Shown: one piece after another, positions 57,177 through 64,000 of the stretch
How positions within the stretch are numbered: position 1 is the first letter of the stretch
Layout of the letters: each line of letters begins with the position of its first letter
Assembly: GCA_910586545.1 (NCBI GenBank)
Contig: CAJUIQ010000003.1
Span: forward strand, 9,779 to 73,778
Source: an uncultured Eubacteriales bacterium
Lineage (GTDB): Bacteria > Bacillota > Clostridia > Oscillospirales > CAG-272
Length of the DNA: 64,000 nucleotides
Reading direction: 5' to 3'
Translations under genes and position numbers: made by a program
Notes under the pieces: generated by a model
Told to the model about the DNA's origin: nothing
Database searches by the model: none
Seen by the model: the letters and a program-made list of their open reading frames with translations, nothing else

Positions 57177-58693
57177 TGCTGCGGGATCTATTCGCCTCCG
57201 ATTTCATCCACAATTTTCCTCTATTTGCCATAATCCTGTGTCTGCTTTGCGCTGTAATTTCCTTTGTGCTGCGGAGCAGAGGTGCCCGAATACTTACCTA
57301 TATTTTGGTATTGACAGACATGGTCCTGAACGGCAGTGTACTTTTGCACAACCTGATTACAGGAGAGCGTTTCACCTACATGATGGGTCATTTCCCTGCG
57401 CCTTGGGGAAATGAAATTGCCGCGGGATTACTGGAACCTGCCTTTGCCCTTTTGTTCGGCGTAGTGATTTTCTGTTCTATCACCGCCGGCAGAAATCGAA
57501 TTTCCACCGATGTGCGGGCCGACAAGCAGCATTTCTACTATATCCTGGTGGATCTGGCTCAGGTGGCCATGTTTGCGCTGTGCTACACAAATGATATATT
57601 CACCGGATATGTATTTATTGAAATCTGTACACTGGCCTCCTGCGGTCTTCTGATGATCCGAAATGCGGGAAAACCGTTGGTTGCCGCAACCCGGTATATG
57701 ATCTTCAACCTGATTGGCTCCGGGATGTTTTTGATGGGTATTACCATGCTGTACGGCGTGACAGGGCATCTTTTGTTTCCACAGCTGCAGCAGGCGGCCG
57801 CCTCTGCATGGAACAGCGGCGCATATCACGGGGTTATGATCATATCCATCGGCTTGACGGTTAGCGGGCTAGCTATCAAAAGCGGGCTGTTCCCTTTCCA
57901 TTTTTGGATGCCGGATACCTACGGCACTGCTACGCCCGCCTCATCGGCCATTCTTTCCGGTGTGATCTCCAAGGGATATATTTTTCTGCTGATTAAAATT
58001 ATTTACCGCGTGTATGGACATAGCGTGTTTATGGAAACAGGAATTCAAAACATCCTTTTCCTATTTGGTATTGCAGGCATGATCGTCGGATCTGTCTCTG
58101 CAATTCGGGCCGGTACCATTACCAAAATGACCGCATTTTCCTCAGCGGCACAAATCGGATATATTTTTATGGGAATCGGCATGGGCACCAGAGAGGCGAT
58201 GATCGCCGTATTTTTCCATATCTGTGCCCACGCCATTACAAAGCCCGTACTGTTTCTTTCCAGCAGCGCGCTGATCGACGCGTCCGATGGTGGGCGTGAC
58301 TTTGCGTCTCTTCGGGGCGCGGCGCATAGAAACCCTGCCGCCGGACTTGCCTTTCTATGCGGATCCCTCTCTATGATCGGATTCCCCATTTTCACCGGAT
58401 TTATCTCCAAACTGTATTTCGCGCTGTCCGCGTTCGCCTTTCCCCACAAATCCATGCTTGTCCTGTTGGCTCTTGCTGTCAGCACAATTTTGAACGTCAT
58501 CTATTTTATGTATGTTTCGGTGATTCTTTATACCGGGGGGCCGGATCCGGCAAAACGAATGGGATTGGGCCGGCAAAAAGCCTTTGCAGCTGCGGTTTTT
58601 TTGCTGATTCTTGTAAATGTAGCAATCGGACTGCATTCCCAGCCTCTCACCCAACTGTTTGAATCCGGACTGGACTTGTTCCTACAATTATAA
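57176..58693 (+). CDS. MrpD/NuoN-type antiporter-like subunit, copy 1
   Basis: Proton_antipo_M-type blocks (GLFPFHFWMPDTYGTATPASSAILSGVISKG). The ATG overlaps the mrpC stop (TGATG). Confidence 0.85.
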   Translation: MLRDLFASDFIHNFPLFAIILCLLCAVISFVLRSRGARILTYILVLTDMVLNGSVLLHNLITGERFTYMMGHFPAPWGNEIAAGLLEPAFALLFGVVIFCSITAGRNRISTDVRADKQHFYYILVDLAQVAMFALCYTNDIFTGYVFIEICTLASCGLLMIRNAGKPLVAATRYMIFNLIGSGMFLMGITMLYGVTGHLLFPQLQQAAASAWNSGAYHGVMIISIGLTVSGLAIKSGLFPFHFWMPDTYGTATPASSAILSGVISKGYIFLLIKIIYRVYGHSVFMETGIQNILFLFGIAGMIVGSVSAIRAGTITKMTAFSSAAQIGYIFMGIGMGTREAMIAVFFHICAHAITKPVLFLSSSALIDASDGGRDFASLRGAAHRNPAAGLAFLCGSLSMIGFPIFTGFISKLYFALSAFAFPHKSMLVLLALAVSTILNVIYFMYVSVILYTGGPDPAKRMGLGRQKAFAAAVFLLILVNVAIGLHSQPLTQLFESGLDLFLQL

Positions 58694-58709
58694 TAGAAGG
58701 GAGACAACA

Positions 58710-60161
58710 ATGCATCTGCTTATACCCTTTTTCATTTCTCTTTTGGCGGGAATCCTGTTTGCTCTGATGCAGAAGGCTTCCAGGCGGCTGCTATGCACAC
58801 TGGCCATCGTCATTGCCGCCGTGCAGGCAGTGCTTTTGTCCCTTCCGCTTCTGACCGACGGCGATGGAATCACGCTCTGGCGTTTTTCCGATTCTCTGCG
58901 GCTTTCCTTGGCCGCAGATGGAATCGGCGCCCTGTTCGGACTTCTCACCGGCTGGGGGTGGCTGCTGTGTGTGATTTTTTCCAGCACGTATATGAGCCAC
59001 GAAGAAAAGGAGGCGCGGTTTTATGCGTTTCTGTTCCTGTCTCAGGCATGCCTGATCGGCGTATTTTTTGCAGACAATCTTCTCACACTGTACCTGTTTT
59101 TTGAACTGACCACCCTGGCTTCTATGCCTCTTGTACTGCACAGCGGAACTAAAAACGCCATAGCAGGGGGAATGAGTTATCTATTCTACTCCCTAGCGGG
59201 AGCGATCATCGCCTTGTTTGGTCTTATGGTTCTCTATCATGAAGCCGGTACGCTGGACTTTGCAGCCGGCGGATATCTGCAGGGAGATAGCTCCGATACA
59301 CTGCTGCTGGCGGGCATATTCGCCTGTGTAATAGGCTTTGGCGCCAAAGGGGGACTATTTCCCCTGCATGCGTGGCTGCCTGCCGCACATCCACAGGCGC
59401 CGGCGCCGGCGTCTGCTATCCTCTCGGGTATTATCACGAAATCGGGCGTGATTGCAATTCTGCGCCTGCTCTTTTATGTAGTCGATCCTGCTTTGATTCG
59501 GGGAACATGGGTACAGTACACGTTGCTTGGTCTGGCGCTTTTGACGGTTATGATTGGTTCCGCGCTGGCCCTTGCGGAAAACAACCTGAAGCGCAGGCTT
59601 GCCCTCTCCTCCGTAAGCCAGGTTTCCTATGTACTGATAGGCCTGTTTTTATTAAACAGTGACGCGCTGTCTGGCGCGCTTTTACAGGTCATATTTCATA
59701 TGATTGCCAAAGCTGGGTTGTTTCTGTGCGCGGGGGCGCTGATCTATCTTACCGGAAAAACCGATACGGGGGATTACGTCGGATGCGGCAGAAAGTATCC
59801 TGCCCTTTTTGTGTGCTTCACCATTCTTTCTTTATCTCTTATCGGCATCCCCCCCGCAGGCGGATTCTACAGCAAATGGTATCTGGCCATAGGCGCCTTA
59901 GAGGGAGCCGGTTCCTTTACCTATGTCATTCCCGCCCTGCTGTTGGTAAGCGCTCTTCTTACAGCGGGATATCTGCTGCCAATCGTCGGAAAGGCTTTCT
60001 ATCCAGGCACGGAAATATCCGGTACGCTGCGGCGGGAGCACACCCCAGTAGGAATCTTAGTGCCGCTTCTAGTTTTTGCGGCGGCATCGATTTTGCCCGG
60101 AATTTTCTTTCCCGCTGTGGAAAATGGGGTTTTATCTCTAACTGCCGGCATATTCGGCTGA
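58710..60161 (+). CDS. MrpD/NuoM-type antiporter-like subunit, copy 2
   Basis: Block GLFPLHAWLPAAHPQAPAPASAILSGIITKSG. The start is at ATG 58710, behind GAAGGGAG. Confidence 0.85.
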   Translation: MHLLIPFFISLLAGILFALMQKASRRLLCTLAIVIAAVQAVLLSLPLLTDGDGITLWRFSDSLRLSLAADGIGALFGLLTGWGWLLCVIFSSTYMSHEEKEARFYAFLFLSQACLIGVFFADNLLTLYLFFELTTLASMPLVLHSGTKNAIAGGMSYLFYSLAGAIIALFGLMVLYHEAGTLDFAAGGYLQGDSSDTLLLAGIFACVIGFGAKGGLFPLHAWLPAAHPQAPAPASAILSGIITKSGVIAILRLLFYVVDPALIRGTWVQYTLLGLALLTVMIGSALALAENNLKRRLALSSVSQVSYVLIGLFLLNSDALSGALLQVIFHMIAKAGLFLCAGALIYLTGKTDTGDYVGCGRKYPALFVCFTILSLSLIGIPPAGGFYSKWYLAIGALEGAGSFTYVIPALLLVSALLTAGYLLPIVGKAFYPGTEISGTLRREHTPVGILVPLLVFAAASILPGIFFPAVENGVLSLTAGIFG

Positions 60162-60173
60162 TTTTATCTTCCA

Positions 60174-61652
60174 ATGAAAGGAATGAATGACATGCATCCC
60201 GGATATTTATTGATCCCAATTCTATTCCCAATCCTGGCCGGACTTTTCACATATCTGCTTCCCCTCTCCAAAGCATGGATGCGCCGAATATATTTTATCA
60301 TTGTAATATTCCTAAACGCAGGATTTATGTGGATGCTTTTATTTTTCTCTCCATCCGAGGGTCTTGTGCTCCTGGAATTTACCGATACCCTGCAGTTATC
60401 TCTGCGCTTGGACGGACTGGGAAAAATTTTTGCAGGACTGGTATCCGCGCTGTGGCCGCTTACCTTGCTGTACGGCTTTGACTATATGAAAAATGAAAAA
60501 CATCAAAGGCGTTTTTGGGCGTTTTTCACTATGGCTTTCGGCGTTACCCTTGGGGTTGCCCTGGCGGCAAATCTTTTGACCATGTATCTTTTTTATGAAA
60601 TGCTTACCCTTGTAACCATTCCTCTCGTAATCCATGAGATGAACAAGGAGTCCTTAGCAGCCGGAAAAAAATATATGATTTATTCCTTTGGGGGGGCGGC
60701 CTTCGCCTTTCTGGGGCTTGCATATGTCCTTTCCTTTGGCGCATCCGACTTCGTCCTTGGCGGATTTTTATCGGGTAAGGCCGCGGACAGTCAGGCCACG
60801 CTGTTCTGGTTTTTTGCCTTTGTTGGTTTTGGTGTGAAGGCTGCCCTTTTCCCGCTCCACGGATGGCTGCCTACCGCCTCTGTCGCACCGACGCCTGTTA
60901 CCGCCCTGCTTCATGCGGTGGCCGTCGTAAAGGCGGGCGCTTTTGCCGCAATCCGTCTCACCTATTACACCTTCGGTACAGAAGGGATTCAAGGTTCTTG
61001 GGCACAGCGGGCCGCGATGACGCTGACGCTGATCACCATTTTGTACGGATCCGTCATGGCGTTGCGGCAAACCCATTTTAAGCGGCGGCTGGCTTATTCC
61101 ACAATATCCAATCTGTCATATGTTTTATTTGGAATTACCATGCTGACCAATACGGGTATGATCGCTTCCCTGCTTCACTTGGTATTTCACTCTCTTATAA
61201 AAATCGTGGCCTTTTTTGCCGCAGGCGCCGTACTCCAATATACCGGGAAACAGAAGGTCTCTTCTTTGGAAGGAATTGGGCGGTATATGCCGCTCACCTT
61301 TACAGCCTTTACCGTATCCGCCCTGGCGCTTACCGGAATACCGCCGCTGAACGGATTCTTCAGTAAATGGTATCTTTCACTGGCGGCCCTGGATATTGGT
61401 GGCCCCCTGGAAATCGCCGGTATATGTGTGCTGCTGATTTCCGCTGTGCTGACCGCAATATATCTAATTACGATTTGTATTCAGGCCTTCTTCCCCCGAA
61501 ACTATAAGGCGCTGATCTGTACTCCGGAAAATTGTCGGGAAGCAAGTCCGCTTATGACGGTACCAATGCTGCTTTTATCTGCATTGACCGTCGCAGCCGG
61601 TCTTTTTGCTCCGCAGATTGCCGCGCTCTTTACAAAGGTGGTGCTGGGATGA
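60174..61652 (+). CDS. MrpD/NuoM-type antiporter-like subunit, copy 3
   Basis: Block ALFPLHGWLPTASVAPTPVTALLHAVAVVKAG. The exact start is uncertain (60174 or 60192). Confidence 0.85.
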   Translation: MKGMNDMHPGYLLIPILFPILAGLFTYLLPLSKAWMRRIYFIIVIFLNAGFMWMLLFFSPSEGLVLLEFTDTLQLSLRLDGLGKIFAGLVSALWPLTLLYGFDYMKNEKHQRRFWAFFTMAFGVTLGVALAANLLTMYLFYEMLTLVTIPLVIHEMNKESLAAGKKYMIYSFGGAAFAFLGLAYVLSFGASDFVLGGFLSGKAADSQATLFWFFAFVGFGVKAALFPLHGWLPTASVAPTPVTALLHAVAVVKAGAFAAIRLTYYTFGTEGIQGSWAQRAAMTLTLITILYGSVMALRQTHFKRRLAYSTISNLSYVLFGITMLTNTGMIASLLHLVFHSLIKIVAFFAAGAVLQYTGKQKVSSLEGIGRYMPLTFTAFTVSALALTGIPPLNGFFSKWYLSLAALDIGGPLEIAGICVLLISAVLTAIYLITICIQAFFPRNYKALICTPENCREASPLMTVPMLLLSALTVAAGLFAPQIAALFTKVVLG

Positions 61653-63583
61653 TCTATATTCTTACCGTTTTTCTCTCTGTCTTGGCTGCCCCTGCAGCCT
61701 ATTGGATCGGCAAAAAAAGCAGCCGCGCCATGCATGTGCTCACCATTGCCGCTTGCCTTTGTACCCTTGTACTGTCAGCTCTTCCGATTCTTCTAAAAGA
61801 CAGTACAGATTTTTTTAGCTTATTAGGGCTGCGTATGTCCAGCGGCGGGCTAGGCGGCCTATATGGCGTGCTTACCGCGCTGCTTTGGACCCTGGCCGCT
61901 CTGTTCGCACCTAGATATTTTCATGGCAAAATCGACACCCCCCGGTATATCTTTTTCTTTTTGATCACATTGGGGGCCACCATGGGCGTTTTCCTGGCCG
62001 CAGATTTACTGACCTTGTTTGTCTTTTTCGAGGTGATGTCCCTTGCATCCTGTGCCTGGGTCGCCCATACGGAAACAAAGCAGGCGCTGGAAGCCACGAA
62101 GACCTATCTGACTATCTCTGTGGCCGGCGGACTGGTTTTGCTAATGGGCCTCTTTCTCTTGTACAGCAGCACGGGAACACTGGTAATTCGGGAGCTGCAG
62201 GCCGCCGCGAATCCCAATACTCTGCTGCCCGCCTGCCTATGCCTGCTATTCGGATTCGGCACAAAAGCCGGCATCTTCCCGCTGCATATCTGGCTCCCCA
62301 AAGCGCATCCAGAAGCGCCGGCCCCCGCCTCTGCCCTGCTCTCAGGCATTCTGACCAAGGCGGGATGCTTCGGCGCGCTTCTCCTTACCCTGCGTCTTAT
62401 GGGGGGATCGCAAATTTGGAACCATATCCTGCTGGTGCTGGGCATGATTACAATGCTGACAGGTGCGATTCCCGCCCTGTTCGCAACACAGTTGAAACGC
62501 ATTTTGGCCCTTTCTTCTTTGTCTCAAATCGGTTTCATTTTTACCGGTATCGCTATGGTGGGATTTGCCGAAAATCCCTCTCTGGCGGCACAGGGAACGG
62601 TTTTATATATGATCGGTCACTCCCTGGCAAAGCTGGTTCTGTTTCTGTTTGCCGGCGCTGTGTACTGTACCGCCCACACCTTAGATTTAAACGCCCTGCA
62701 GGGCTGGGGCAAGGGTCGTCCGCTGCTGCATATATGCTTTTTATCCGGTGCGCTTAGTCTTGCCGGAACGCCCTTTTTCTGCGGGTATCTTGGGAAGACG
62801 CTCATTCATGAAGCCATAGCGGAGCAAGTAGAGACAGGGGGAATGCTGTTTCATATAGCAGAGTGGATCTTTCTCTTTGCCGGCGGACTGACACTGGCAT
62901 ATCTTTTGAAAATTTATATCCCTCTTTTCCATATGGGAAAAAAGTGGCCAAAAAAAGAGGCCAAGCTGGGCGGCGCCGCAACCTTCGCGCTGATCCCTTG
63001 TACTGTTTTGCTGCCGCTTATTGCAAGCCTGCCGAATGTATGCGAAAAAATTGCCTCCATCGGACTGCAGGGTACCGGAATTTCGCCTCTGCCTGCGGAC
63101 TTTGCGTTTTATTCCCTGCATAATCTATCCGGTATCGGAATCTCCTTTGTCATTGGCGTCTCTGTTTTTCTGGGAATTATTCTGGGGTGCCTATATCGAG
63201 AAGGAAAGTATCGTACTGTATCTTCTCCGCTGTCACTGGAAAAAACAATTTATATTCCCGTCTTTCGAGGGCTGAAAACACTCCTGATTCTGCTATGTCG
63301 AATTCTTTGCGATTTGCCGGCCGTACTTCTCCTGCTGTTCAAGCGAACCATACTGCGTCCGCTGGACAGCCCGCATGAGCGGCGGCATCGATTTCTTACC
63401 CGTGTTGGAGACGCGTATGACCGGATCAGAGGAAGAGACGCCCTTACCAGCGCCGATTTTCTTATTGACGCATATACGACGATTCAGGACACTACAGGCA
63501 GAATTCTCAGCAATTTTTCCTTTGCGCTGCTGATGACCTGTCTTGGCGTATGTATTATATTAATCTTCTTATTGGTAAAATAA
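61649..63583 (+). CDS. MrpA/NuoL-type antiporter-like subunit with a long C-terminal extension
   Basis: Block GIFPLHIWLPKAHPEAPAPASALLSGILTKAG plus ~200 additional C-terminal residues with helices. The ATG at 61649 overlaps the previous stop (ATGA). Confidence 0.8.
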   Translation: MIYILTVFLSVLAAPAAYWIGKKSSRAMHVLTIAACLCTLVLSALPILLKDSTDFFSLLGLRMSSGGLGGLYGVLTALLWTLAALFAPRYFHGKIDTPRYIFFFLITLGATMGVFLAADLLTLFVFFEVMSLASCAWVAHTETKQALEATKTYLTISVAGGLVLLMGLFLLYSSTGTLVIRELQAAANPNTLLPACLCLLFGFGTKAGIFPLHIWLPKAHPEAPAPASALLSGILTKAGCFGALLLTLRLMGGSQIWNHILLVLGMITMLTGAIPALFATQLKRILALSSLSQIGFIFTGIAMVGFAENPSLAAQGTVLYMIGHSLAKLVLFLFAGAVYCTAHTLDLNALQGWGKGRPLLHICFLSGALSLAGTPFFCGYLGKTLIHEAIAEQVETGGMLFHIAEWIFLFAGGLTLAYLLKIYIPLFHMGKKWPKKEAKLGGAATFALIPCTVLLPLIASLPNVCEKIASIGLQGTGISPLPADFAFYSLHNLSGIGISFVIGVSVFLGIILGCLYREGKYRTVSSPLSLEKTIYIPVFRGLKTLLILLCRILCDLPAVLLLLFKRTILRPLDSPHERRHRFLTRVGDAYDRIRGRDALTSADFLIDAYTTIQDTTGRILSNFSFALLMTCLGVCIILIFLLVK

Positions 63584-63591
63584 CATGGAGC

Positions 63592-63620
63592 GCCCCCTGC
63601 CGTCGGCAGGGGGCTTACTT
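63592..63620 (+). terminator. rho-independent terminator of the mrp-like operon
   Basis: GCCCCCTGCC-GTCG-GCAGGGGGC followed by TTACTTATTT. Confidence 0.7.
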
Positions 63621-63690
63621 ATTTGCCGGTATTCCTTAAAATCCGTCAAAAATTCCCACTTTAAAAATGCAACCACTATATAGACGCTTC

Positions 63691-63719
63691 TTGCTTTTCT
63701 ACGGAGAATATGATATAAT
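63691..63719 (+). promoter_or_regulatory. sigma-A promoter feeding element copy 3
   Basis: TTGCTT (63691-63696), a 17-nt spacer, then TATAAT (63714-63719). Confidence 0.6.
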
Positions 63720-63766
63720 AGCCGCAGGGCGGCTATTGATGATTGATTTGCAACGGCACTGCCGCC
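63712..63766 (+). repeat. copy 3 of the ~50-nt conserved promoter-proximal element
   Basis: GATATAATAGCCGCAGGGCGGCTATTGATGATTGATTTGCAACGGCACTGCCGCC. It contains the 9-bp inverted repeat AATAGCCGC-AGG-GCGGCTATT (63717-63737). A GACTGCAC-TTCG-GTGCAGTC hairpin follows at 63786-63804. Confidence 0.7.
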
Positions 63767-63867
63767 TGCCTCCGCTGTCGCGGCTGACTGCACTTCGTGC
63801 AGTCTAAAATCATGTAATAATAAGTACAAAATAGCTATGAATGAATGATTTGTGCAGAGGACTTGCT

Positions 63868-64000
63868 ATGAAAGATATTTACATTGCATTTCTCGCATCT
63901 AATTATAAAAGCGGGAAATTTATACGCGCCTTTACAAGAACGCGATACAGTCATGTGGCGCTGTCCAGCAGTCCGCAGCTTTCTGAAATGTATTCTTTTT
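63868..64000 (+). CDS. hypothetical protein, N-terminal fragment (3' end lies outside the window)
   Basis: ATG at 63868, about 9 nt after AGAGGA. The reading frame (MKDIYIAFLASNYKSGKFIRAFTRTRYSHVALSS...) stays open to the window end. The family is not identified with confidence. Confidence 0.45.
   Translation, partial: MKDIYIAFLASNYKSGKFIRAFTRTRYSHVALSSSPQLSEMYSF

Noticed and set aside
1-64000. Search for CRISPR arrays, rRNA/tRNA genes, transposases, integrases, and prophage, retron or DGR components.
   Set aside because: I saw no regularly spaced direct repeats, no rRNA-like or cloverleaf-forming segments in any intergenic region, and no ORF with DDE, tyrosine or serine recombinase or reverse-transcriptase motifs. 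The absence rests on reading by eye, not on a scan.

Overview
This is a 64-kb chromosomal window from a mid-GC anaerobic Firmicute. The class Clostridia is inferred only from gene content: rnfCDGEAB, addBA, a dockerin protein, and yybS-gdpP-rplI-dnaB. I support about 57 CDS and found no rRNA, tRNA, CRISPR array, transposase or integrase. All product calls rest on motifs I recognised by eye in the supplied translations; nothing was searched or computed.

Layout, in order:
- wecB fragment, Wzy/O-antigen-ligase-like membrane protein
- yceD-rpmF
- orphan ABC solute-binding lipoprotein
- divergent GyrB/ParE-type subunit
- lipoprotein / DHHW / MBOAT acylation trio
- addB-addA with DUF3842 and UPF0340 genes coupled downstream
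- small membrane protein and lipoprotein genes
- mazF with no antitoxin
- two YD-repeat-like exported proteins
- FAD oxidoreductase
- fprA, DUF1893, thiI, atypical wHTH regulator
- PiT transporter, EF-G paralog, MsmX-like ATPase
- three M42 peptidases coupled to a frameshifted murD
- yybS-gdpP-rplI-dnaB, then pgk-tpiA
- LRR-dockerin protein
- rnfCDGEAB plus NusG_II and Gx-transporter genes
- a 10-gene Mrp/Mbh-type cluster, divergent from rnf

Most notable observations:
1. The stand-alone Mrp/Mbh-type membrane module has the order E-F-G-MbhD-B-C-D-D-D-A(L). That gives four antiporter-like subunits and no catalytic module. It sits back-to-back with rnf, with consensus promoters flanking a 12-bp palindrome.
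2. A roughly 50-nt conserved element starts in a -10 box and occurs three times: between addB and addA, upstream of the YD-repeat genes, and downstream of mrp.
3. murD is split by a single-base frameshift in a G4 run, although it has its own consensus promoter.
4. A 105-nt unit bounded by 17-bp inverted repeats lies between convergent genes.
5. RnfG is duplicated (two FMN-binding domains) and RnfE has a Cys-rich tail.
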